From Caldisericia bacterium (GTDB taxonomy: Bacteria > Caldisericota > Caldisericia > JAAYUI01), in contig OY771555.1 of NCBI GenBank assembly GCA_963674785.1, positions 2,144,001 to 2,208,000 on the forward strand: a stretch of 64,000 nt of DNA, in the 5' to 3' direction. Position 1 is the first letter of the stretch; each line of letters opens with the position of its first letter. The position numbers were made by a program, and so were the translations under genes. Below the pieces are notes generated by a model. It searched no databases. It was given only the letters and a program-made list of their open reading frames with translations, and was not told the origin of the DNA. Below are positions 56,505 through 64,000 of this stretch, piece after piece.

Positions 56505-57704
56505 ATGAATTCTCAGGATTATATCAACTTAGAGAAGCAGTATGGTGCAAGCAACTACGAATCACTTGAAGTGGTATTGTCAAAAGGTGAAGGTGTCTGG
56601 GTTTGGGATGTAGAAGGAAAGAAATATATGGACATGCTCAGTGCATATTCAGCGGTTAACCATGGTCACAGACACCCAAAAATCATCGGTGCAATGACAG
56701 AACAAATGAACAGGATCACCTTAACCTCCAGAGCTTTCTTCAATGACAGACTTCCTGAGTTTTGCAAAACTGTTTCAGAGTTTACAGGCAAAGAAATGTT
56801 CCTCCCAATGAACACAGGCGCAGAAGGCGTAGAAACCGGAATCAAGGCTATGCGTAAGTGGGGATATGAAGTAAAAGGTATCGAAGCAGAAAGAGGCGAG
56901 ATAATCGTTTTCGAGAATAACTTCCATGGTAGAACAACCACAATTGTAAGTTTCTCAACTGACGAAAACGCACACAATAACTTTGGTCCATTCACACCAG
57001 GGTTTGTGATTGTTCCATACAACGATCTTGATGCAATCAAAAATGCAATTACCGACAAAACAATCGGCATCCTGATTGAGCCAATTCAAGGTGAAGCAGG
57101 AATAAATGTTCCAGATGATGGTTACCTCAGAGGAATCAGAGAAATTTGTGACAAACACAACATACTCTTTGCCGCTGATGAAATCCAGACAGGTTTCGGA
57201 AGAACAGGAAAACGTTTCTGTGTTGACCATGAAGGCGTTGAACCAGACCTCTTTATCCTTGGAAAAGCTCTCGGTGGTGGAGTATTCCCAGTGTCTGGGG
57301 TTGCTGCAAACAAAGATATTCTCGGTGTTTTCAAAAAAGGGCAGCATGGATCAACGTTTGGTGGAAACCCACTCGGATCAATTGTGGGAAAAACCTCAAT
57401 TGAAGTTCTCCAGGATGAAAAACTAATTGAAAGATCAGCTGAGCTTGGTGAATATTTCATGGGTAAACTCAAAACCCTCATCGGTGATGTCATCGAGAAT
57501 GTCCGAGGAAAAGGTCTTCTTATCGGAATCGATATTAAACCATCAGCCGGTGCCGCACACGACTACGTCGTAAAGCTTCGTGACGCAGGAATCATCGCAA
57601 AAGAAACACATGATACAATCATCAGATTTGCCCCACCACTTGTTATCACAAAAGAAGAGCTTGACTGGGCATTTGAAATCGTTAAAAAAGTCTTTGTAAA
57701 ATAG
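56505..57704 (+). CDS. rocD: Ornithine--oxo-acid transaminase
   Basis: DMLSAYSAVNHGH, PMNTGAEGVET, NFHGRT, EPIQGEAG, DEIQTG, GKALGGG, HGSTFGGNPL. Confidence 0.95.
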   Translation: MNSQDYINLEKQYGASNYESLEVVLSKGEGVWVWDVEGKKYMDMLSAYSAVNHGHRHPKIIGAMTEQMNRITLTSRAFFNDRLPEFCKTVSEFTGKEMFLPMNTGAEGVETGIKAMRKWGYEVKGIEAERGEIIVFENNFHGRTTTIVSFSTDENAHNNFGPFTPGFVIVPYNDLDAIKNAITDKTIGILIEPIQGEAGINVPDDGYLRGIREICDKHNILFAADEIQTGFGRTGKRFCVDHEGVEPDLFILGKALGGGVFPVSGVAANKDILGVFKKGQHGSTFGGNPLGSIVGKTSIEVLQDEKLIERSAELGEYFMGKLKTLIGDVIENVRGKGLLIGIDIKPSAGAAHDYVVKLRDAGIIAKETHDTIIRFAPPLVITKEELDWAFEIVKKVFVK

Positions 57705-57731
57705 ACTTACAAGAATAATTTTTACACTTAC

Positions 57732-57760
57732 AAGTGGGGCACTTCGTGCCCCACTTTTTT
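57732..57760 (+). terminator. Intrinsic terminator of rocD
   Basis: AAGTGGGGCAC-TTC-GTGCCCCACTT followed by T-tract. Confidence 0.9.
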
Positions 57761-57790
57761 ATTTGCAAAAAATCTGGTAAAATCAATTAC

Positions 57791-58288
57791 ATGAAACGAA
57801 TACTTGTGCTGTTATTGGTCTTGGTTCTTTTTGTTTCCTGCTCAGGAAAACCGTATAATCCACCCAAAGAGCTTGTTTTTTCTGAAACAACATACCTATA
57901 CAAAGTCTATTATCCAAAGGGCTGGGAGGCTACAACGGGTGTAAATGGCAGTTGTGCAATCTCATTTATGACTGACAAAATCACAATTCCATTTGTAATC
58001 GCAGTTGATGAGAATGTAAAAGCTAACGACCTTGATAGCATCAGCGAATTCACAGACATACTCAAAAGCAGCAATCCCAATGGAAAGACAGAAGTAAAAA
58101 AGATTTCTGGGAAAAAATCAATGTGGTGGTATTTCGACATCATGGGAGTCGAACTGGCAAGCTTCATTTTGCCTCTTGATGGAGTCATTGTTTCAGCAAT
58201 GATCTGGACAAGACAATCAGAACATATAACAACAGAAAACCTGAAACTGGCAAGAATGGTTGTGGACAGTTTCAGGCTTATTGATTAG
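57791..58288 (+). CDS. Lipoprotein, one PsbP/DcrB-like module (displaced member of array family)
   Basis: ATG 57791; lipobox FVSC; YKVYYPKGW, KKISGKKS, ILPLDG, LARMVVDSFRL. Confidence 0.72.
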   Translation: MKRILVLLLVLVLFVSCSGKPYNPPKELVFSETTYLYKVYYPKGWEATTGVNGSCAISFMTDKITIPFVIAVDENVKANDLDSISEFTDILKSSNPNGKTEVKKISGKKSMWWYFDIMGVELASFILPLDGVIVSAMIWTRQSEHITTENLKLARMVVDSFRLID

Positions 58289-58291
58289 CAA

Positions 58292-58708
58292 TTACTGAAT
58301 AGGTTCAGTTTTACCTCGTTTTTTTTGTTGCCTTAAGACCCACTCTTTCGCTTTTTCAACAGTCGGAAAGATGGGACGAGGATTTCCTGACAGCGTGTCA
58401 TAAAGTTTTGCTGCGATCCTCTCAAGCATATTCGAACATACCGTACAATAATCAATAACATATTTTTTCGAGTTTGGGGCATCAAGCTCTGAAAACCTGT
58501 TGACGTATCTCGGATGCGCCATTCCCATCTCAGAGGTATCAATTATCTGCCAAACCTTTGTATTCCCGCCTTTAAGATACCATTCAAGGTTCTTGTTTGC
58601 TATAAACTCCGCATCATAATTTGATTTTGGTGAACCAATAAACTTACAGAAAAGGATATTGTTCTCTTTATCATAGCTTGCTTCGTATTTAACGACACTA
58701 TCTGGCAT
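58292..58708 (-). CDS. Hypothetical protein, possibly STAS/SEC14 (SpoIIAA-like) fold
   Basis: 138-aa ORF directly after argS; IIDTSEM...IFPTVEKAKEWV resembles that family's C-terminal motif. Confidence 0.55.
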   Translation of the reverse strand: MPDSVVKYEASYDKENNILFCKFIGSPKSNYDAEFIANKNLEWYLKGGNTKVWQIIDTSEMGMAHPRYVNRFSELDAPNSKKYVIDYCTVCSNMLERIAAKLYDTLSGNPRPIFPTVEKAKEWVLRQQKKRGKTEPIQ

Positions 58709-58711
58709 TGA

Positions 58712-60343
58712 TCACATCCTATCAGGTGCAGATACACCGAGTATAGAAAGGGCAGACTTTATAACTTTCATGGTGGCAAAAATAAGCAATAATCTTCGTT
58801 TCTGAACTTCAGAAGACTCACCTAAAACTCTGCAATCATGATAAAAACTATGGAAGGAATTCGCTAACTTCTCAGCATATGTGCAGATTCTATTTGGAGT
58901 TCTTGATTTCGCAGAACCTAAAACTTCATCAGGGAAAGATATTAAATCTCGCACCAAATTCAATTCGGTATCACCATCAAAGCAAGAAATTTCATCATCA
59001 AGATTAACTTCTGGCAAACCATCATTTGCTAGAATAGCTTTGCATCTTACATAAGCATATTGGACATAATAAACAGGGTTGTCCATTGATTTGCTTTTTG
59101 CAAGATCAAGATCAAAGTTGAGGTGAGTATCTGATGACCTCATCAAATAGAAATATCTGGAAGCATCAACACCCACTTCATCGAGCAGCTCTTCAAGTGT
59201 GACAAACTCACCACTGCTTTTGCTCATCTTAACTTGTTTTCCACTTCGGAAAAGATGAACAAGTTGGTAAAGATGGAACTCAAGATTTTTTTTGTCATAA
59301 CCAAGTGCTTCAAGACCAGCTTCCATTGGCCCAACATGACCATGATGATCGGCACCCATAACATCGATCACATGATCAAAACCGCGTTTGAACTTGTTTA
59401 CATGATAGGCAATATCAGTGGTAGTATATGTAACATCACCATTACTTTTAACAATAACAAAATCCTTGTCATCTCCGAAATCTGTTGAGCGCATCCAAGT
59501 TGCACCATCTTTGTCATAAAGCACATTTTTATCGGTAAGATTTTTAAGTGTGTCTTCGATTTCTCCAGTTTCTACCATCTTTTTTTCGGAGAACCAAACA
59601 TCGAAATCCACTCCAAACTTGGAAAAAACATCTCGTTGCCAGGAGACAATTCTTTTGACAGCTTCATCGCGGAAGAATTGGTGTCTTTCATCATCGCCTA
59701 AATCTAGAAGTGAATTATTCTCATTTACCAAATCTTTGGCAATATCAAGAAGATATTCCCCAGGGTAACCTTCTTCTGTTAGTTCCCAGGGTAACCCAAG
59801 TGCTTGTCTGTACCTTGCCTCAAGAGAATCAGCCAGATGACCAATTTTTGCACCACGGTCATTAACATAAAACTCTCTTTCAACATCATAACCAACCCAC
59901 CGAAGAAGGGTGGCAATAGTATCTCCAAGGGGGGCACCACGACCATTTGCAACAGTCACAGGACCTGTTGGATTTGCAGACACAAATTCAACCTGGATTT
60001 TCTTTCCCTTTCCAGAATCCCACGTTCCAAAATCATCAGAATTCGCATGTTTTACAAACTTGATTAGAATATCGCCAGAGAGAAAAAAATTGATAAATCC
60101 TGGTCCTGCAATCTCGATTTTTTCGAAGGCTTCCTGATCAATATTATCGATGATTTCCTGGGCAATAGCTCTTGGAGATTTTTTTAATTTCTTTGCAAGA
60201 GTCATTGCCACATTTGATGAAAAATCACCGTGGTCAGGAGTATCAGGTTTGAGAATGTCAAATTTGTGATCTGATACCCCAAGTTTTTCTAAGCTCTTTA
60301 AAACAATTTCTAAAATAAAATCCTTAATACTGCAATTTATCAA
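58712..60343 (-). CDS. argS: Arginine--tRNA ligase
   Basis: HGDFSSN, AGPGFINF, EFVSANPTGP, DVMGADHHG, KMSKSSG, NPVYYVQYA, SAPDRM. Confidence 0.97.
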   Translation of the reverse strand: MINCSIKDFILEIVLKSLEKLGVSDHKFDILKPDTPDHGDFSSNVAMTLAKKLKKSPRAIAQEIIDNIDQEAFEKIEIAGPGFINFFLSGDILIKFVKHANSDDFGTWDSGKGKKIQVEFVSANPTGPVTVANGRGAPLGDTIATLLRWVGYDVEREFYVNDRGAKIGHLADSLEARYRQALGLPWELTEEGYPGEYLLDIAKDLVNENNSLLDLGDDERHQFFRDEAVKRIVSWQRDVFSKFGVDFDVWFSEKKMVETGEIEDTLKNLTDKNVLYDKDGATWMRSTDFGDDKDFVIVKSNGDVTYTTTDIAYHVNKFKRGFDHVIDVMGADHHGHVGPMEAGLEALGYDKKNLEFHLYQLVHLFRSGKQVKMSKSSGEFVTLEELLDEVGVDASRYFYLMRSSDTHLNFDLDLAKSKSMDNPVYYVQYAYVRCKAILANDGLPEVNLDDEISCFDGDTELNLVRDLISFPDEVLGSAKSRTPNRICTYAEKLANSFHSFYHDCRVLGESSEVQKRRLLLIFATMKVIKSALSILGVSAPDRM

Positions 60344-61251
60344 ACTCGCGGCTCCAATTCCATGTAAAGACGTTTTACACCATTAATTTTTGAAACAAGA
60401 CTTTCTGCTGCAATTATCTCGGCCGTATTTTTTGCATAACCCTTTAAAAAAACATAACCATCGATTGCTGTCACCTTAACATCTCTTGCTCTAACATCTT
60501 GAGACTTCTTGATTTCAGCTTCAATCTTTTTGGTCAAAAGATCATCTGAGTTTTCACCTTCTCCATGAAGCCTTATTCCATTTGAAACAGATTTCACACC
60601 GCTTACTTTCTCAGCAGTGTTTTCAGCAAGTGTTATTGAATTTTTATCTCCAGCATTTCCACTTAAGAAAATATGTCCAGATTTTGCAAAAACCTGAAGG
60701 TGATACACTTTAATATCACGATTTGAACCCAATTCAAAAATCACTGAATTAGCTAGATCAATATCACCCACAGAATAGGGGATTCTCAAATTGTCAATTA
60801 CCTTGGAGACTCCTTGCGTTCGATTCGCAAGGTCAACTGCAGCTTCTTTGGCGTGTGCATTGCTTACTTTTCCAACAAGTGTAAGCGTGCCACTTTCTGC
60901 AATACCTGAAAGTTTTGTTTCCTTTGGAAGATATTTCGATAGCAATTCTGCAAAATGTTCCTGAACCTCATCATCATCAAGAGCGTTTTTTGTTCTGATT
61001 TTTTCACCCTTAAACTCGATCAGCTCAGATTGTCTTGTTTGTAAAATCGCATCAATCAAAGTTTCTTTTTTTGTGCCTTCAAGATCATCTGGTAATCCGA
61101 CAATAACTTTTCCGGCAACAAGGGTAACTGAATACCCTTCAATTTTTCTCTTTTCAAGGGTTGTTGTGACTCTTCTGGCAACCTGTCTTGCGATTCGGTT
61201 GTCCTTTCGATCTTTGTAAATCATTCTGTTCAGGTTTTTTGCTCTGGCCAT
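60340..61251 (-). CDS. Multi-BON-domain protein without signal peptide
   Basis: Three repeats of G.(L/I/V).L.G...A...(V/T/I).GV..V with spacing typical of BON domains. Confidence 0.8.
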   Translation of the reverse strand: MARAKNLNRMIYKDRKDNRIARQVARRVTTTLEKRKIEGYSVTLVAGKVIVGLPDDLEGTKKETLIDAILQTRQSELIEFKGEKIRTKNALDDDEVQEHFAELLSKYLPKETKLSGIAESGTLTLVGKVSNAHAKEAAVDLANRTQGVSKVIDNLRIPYSVGDIDLANSVIFELGSNRDIKVYHLQVFAKSGHIFLSGNAGDKNSITLAENTAEKVSGVKSVSNGIRLHGEGENSDDLLTKKIEAEIKKSQDVRARDVKVTAIDGYVFLKGYAKNTAEIIAAESLVSKINGVKRLYMELEPRV

Positions 61252-61269
61252 TCTCCTCCTTAGTTTTAG

Positions 61270-61920
61270 TTACTGATCCATGAAAAAAGCTTTTCCATCT
61301 GCTGACCCTACGATCAATTCACAAGCTCTTTCAGGATGAGGCATCATTCCAACAACATTTCCATCGATGTTACATATTCCAGCAATATCATAAATTGATC
61401 CATTTGGATTATTTTTGTGATAGGTGAAAACAACCTGGTTGTTTGTCAGAAGTTTATCCAGACCATCTTTATCTATAAAATATCTTCCTTCGTTATGAGC
61501 AATAGGGATTTTAAGAATTTGACCAGCATTGAGGTTCTTTGTGAATGGTGTTCTTGTGGTTTTGGTTTCGATCTCGACCCAGCGGGACTCAAACCTCAGG
61601 GTATCGTTTTGCAGTAGCGCTCCAGGTAAAAGTCCACATTCTGTCAGAATCTGAAATCCATTGCAGATACCTATAACACTTCCACCATTTTCTGCAAACT
61701 TTTTCACCTGCTCCATGACTGGAGAAAACTGAGCAATCGCACCTGACCTGAGATAATCACCATAGGAAAACCCACCAGGAACAATCACCATATCTGCACC
61801 GTTTAAGTCAGCCGACTTGTGCCAGATTGGAAAAGACTCATTACCAGTCAATGAACCAGCAGTCCACAAAGCGTCTCTATCGCAATTACTTCCGGGGAAA
61901 ACAAGAACTCCTACTTTCAC
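61270..61920 (-). CDS. purQ: FGAM synthase glutaminase subunit
   Basis: FPGSNCD, PGGFSYGDYLR, GICNGFQIL, GMMPHPER. Confidence 0.97.
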   Translation of the reverse strand: MKVGVLVFPGSNCDRDALWTAGSLTGNESFPIWHKSADLNGADMVIVPGGFSYGDYLRSGAIAQFSPVMEQVKKFAENGGSVIGICNGFQILTECGLLPGALLQNDTLRFESRWVEIETKTTRTPFTKNLNAGQILKIPIAHNEGRYFIDKDGLDKLLTNNQVVFTYHKNNPNGSIYDIAGICNIDGNVVGMMPHPERACELIVGSADGKAFFMDQ

Positions 61921-62165
61921 TCGTCCACCCTTACCATAAACACTTCCATAACGGGATTTGCAAGAAGTTTGTTGGATAATTCAGTAGCCAACTCAATTGC
62001 CTTCTCTTTTGAATCAGCATCGATTTTAAGTTTTATACTTTTACCAACTCTGACAGATTTTACAGCAGAAAAACCAAACTGTGAAACAGCTTTGTTGATG
62101 GTTTTTCCCTGTGGATCAAGAATATCTGGCTTTAATTCAACTACTACCTCAACATTAAACTCCAC
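61917..62165 (-). CDS. purS: FGAM synthase subunit PurS
   Basis: LDPQG, VRVGK, LLANPVME. Confidence 0.95.
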   Translation of the reverse strand: MEFNVEVVVELKPDILDPQGKTINKAVSQFGFSAVKSVRVGKSIKLKIDADSKEKAIELATELSNKLLANPVMEVFMVRVDE

Positions 62166-62853
62166 TTATCCTCCTTGCAACCTCTTTGTATGCCTTCATG
62201 ACACCACCAAGGTCTCTTCTAAATCTATCTTTATCCAATTTCTCGTTTGTTTCAAAGTCCCAAAGTCTGCAGGTATCAGGTGTCCACTCATCCGCAAGAA
62301 TGACTTCTCCATGGAACAATCCAAATTCAATCTTGAAATCAATAAGTTTTAATCCAACCTCAGCGAAGAATGCTTTCATATGTTCATTTATTTTAAATGT
62401 AAGCTCAGTAACTCTGTCAAGCTGTTCTTTTGTAGCCCATCCGAAAAGGATGGCATGGTTTTTACAGATGAAAGGATCATGAAGTGCATCATCCTTAAGA
62501 CAGAATTCAATCAACGGTTCTGAGAGCTGTTTTCCTTCTTCGAGTCCAAAACGTTTGCAAATTGAGCCTGCAAGGACATTTCTGATGATGACCTCAATTG
62601 GAAGTATTTGAACACGTTTTACCTTGTGCTGGATTGGAGGAATATGATCAATATAATGATTTGGAATTCCCTGGTCGGTCAAATACTTCATAATAATTGC
62701 AGAAATCTGAGCGTTGATTTCACCTTTACTCGCCATCTCATCATGTTTTGTTCCATCAAAAGCCGTCAAATCATTTTTGAATTCTGCAATCAATACATCT
62801 GGATCATCAGTTTCAAAAAGAGCTTTTGCTTTTCCTTCATACAACTTCTTCAT
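62155..62853 (-). CDS. purC: SAICAR synthetase
   Basis: LYEGKAK, PIEVIIRN, DFKIEFG, ADEWTPDTCRLWD, DKDRFRRD. Confidence 0.97.
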   Translation of the reverse strand: MKKLYEGKAKALFETDDPDVLIAEFKNDLTAFDGTKHDEMASKGEINAQISAIIMKYLTDQGIPNHYIDHIPPIQHKVKRVQILPIEVIIRNVLAGSICKRFGLEEGKQLSEPLIEFCLKDDALHDPFICKNHAILFGWATKEQLDRVTELTFKINEHMKAFFAEVGLKLIDFKIEFGLFHGEVILADEWTPDTCRLWDFETNEKLDKDRFRRDLGGVMKAYKEVARRISGV

Positions 62854-64000
62854 TCGTTTCCTCCATGACTTTCATAAAAATAGTATCTACGTATCTTAGA
62901 TAATAATTCAAATCGAAAATTGAGTCCAGTTCTGGATCACTCAGTACCGATTTGACATCCTCATCATTTTTTGCCAAATCCTTAAGATTTCCTTTTCCCT
63001 TTGATGCTGGAATTGCCAGTCTTTGAACTATTTCATATGACTTACTTCTTGATAATCCTCTACCCATAAGGGAAACTAGCAACCTACCTGAGAAAACAGC
63101 ACCACCTGTGATATTGATTATCTCAAGCATTCTTTCCTTATGTACAACAAGCCCCGTTATTATCTTGTTGAGTTTTCTAAGCATGTATGACGTCAAGATT
63201 GATGAATCGGGAAGTGTTATTCTTTCAACTGACGAGTGGGAAATATCACGTTCATCCCAGAGGGCAACATTTTCAAGCCCAGTGAAAGCATTTGTTCTCA
63301 AAAGTCTTGCAAGTCCGCAAAGTTGCTCGGATGTTTTTGGATTCTTTTTATGGGGCATTGCCGAGGAGCCTGTTTGACCTTTCCCAAAAGCCTCTTCAAC
63401 CTCTCCAAGCTCTGTTCGTTGGCTTGTCCTGAGTGCTGTCCCAATTCGGTCGATTGTTGCTCCAATCTGAGCAAGCGCAAGCAAGTATTCAGCATGTCTA
63501 TCCCTTGAGATTACCTGGGTACTGATTGGATCAGCTTTCATACCAAGTTCATCGCACATATATCTTTCAAGGTCTGGGTGAAGGTTTGCATATGTGCCAA
63601 CTGCTCCAGACATCTTGCCAACTCTGTTTACTTCTATTGCGTTTTCCAGTCTTGTAAGGTCTCTTTTGAGTTCAGCAAACCAAGAAAGAAGCCTCAAACC
63701 AAAAGTTATTGGTTCAGCGTGTATGCCATGAGTTCTTCCCATCATTGGAGTATGTTTGAATTCATATGCTCTTTTTTTGATGGTTGAAAGAACGTTTTTC
63801 AGATCATTTACGAGTATTTTCCCAGATTCCATAATCTGAAGTGATGTTGCCGTATCAAGAATATCGGATGATGTTGCACCTTTGTGAATATAACAAGCAT
63901 CTTCACCAACTGTTTCACCAAGTGCTGTTATAAATGCGACGACATCATGGTCTGTTATTCTTTCAAGTTCATCGACCCTATCGAGAGTAAAGGTTACATT
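62837..64000 (-). CDS. purB: Adenylosuccinate lyase (5'-truncated by window edge)
   Basis: Frame open to edge (TDHDVVAF); GRTHGIHAEP, GSSAMPHKKNP, ERDISHSSVER. Confidence 0.97.
   Translation of the reverse strand, partial: NVTFTLDRVDELERITDHDVVAFITALGETVGEDACYIHKGATSSDILDTATSLQIMESGKILVNDLKNVLSTIKKRAYEFKHTPMMGRTHGIHAEPITFGLRLLSWFAELKRDLTRLENAIEVNRVGKMSGAVGTYANLHPDLERYMCDELGMKADPISTQVISRDRHAEYLLALAQIGATIDRIGTALRTSQRTELGEVEEAFGKGQTGSSAMPHKKNPKTSEQLCGLARLLRTNAFTGLENVALWDERDISHSSVERITLPDSSILTSYMLRKLNKIITGLVVHKERMLEIINITGGAVFSGRLLVSLMGRGLSRSKSYEIVQRLAIPASKGKGNLKDLAKNDEDVKSVLSDPELDSIFDLNYYLRYVDTIFMKVMEETNEEVV

Noticed and set aside
385-63787. Numerous 60-180 aa ORFs antisense to or frame-shifted within recognised genes (e.g. 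6053-6541, 13719-14195, 29600-30130, 54310-54861)
   Set aside because: They fully overlap well-supported genes, lack motifs and RBS, and have shadow-ORF composition. The duplicated ones (29600/32142, 29950/32345) merely reflect the SBP repeat.

Overview
AT-rich bacterial chromosomal segment, densely coding and mostly housekeeping. Gene order is Firmicutes-like, and there are copper-amine-oxidase-N 'stalk' and SLH-like wall-anchor domains. This would fit a Caldisericota-like anaerobe, but that assignment is inference only. In order, the window holds: plsY-tsaC; a two-domain Cys/Trp-rich lipoprotein and an aldehyde dehydrogenase; rpiB-glyA-tagO/wecA-wecB-murA-murC-acyl-CoA DH-arsC; two stalk-domain/TlpA redoxin fusions; nif3, a degenerate ABC ATPase, a short permease and pspC; tRNA-Ala(CGC); lspA-divIVA; a 13-kb double peptide-ABC operon with two recently duplicated or converted SLH-like binding proteins; murD-ftsW-murG-murB; tRNA-Thr(TGT); a DUF5320-NifX-two-MinD/ferredoxin ATPase operon; archaeal-type aspS-miaB-ynbB-yjbQ-tsaB-rimI-tsaD; a PhoP/PhoR-like two-component system; a 7.5-kb tandem array of divergent paralogous lipoproteins built from a repeated PsbP/DcrB-like module; rocD; argS; a BON protein; and purQ-purS-purC-purB. 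No mobile element, integrase or CRISPR array was seen. The best candidates for new biology are (1) the modular lipoprotein array, (2) MurC and MurD with co-altered amino-acid-binding motifs, suggesting a non-canonical stem peptide, (3) the mosaic SBP duplication, (4) the pseudo-ATPase ABC/PspC module and (5) an orphan promoter-driven structured intergenic RNA. All family calls come from motif recognition by eye; no searches were run.
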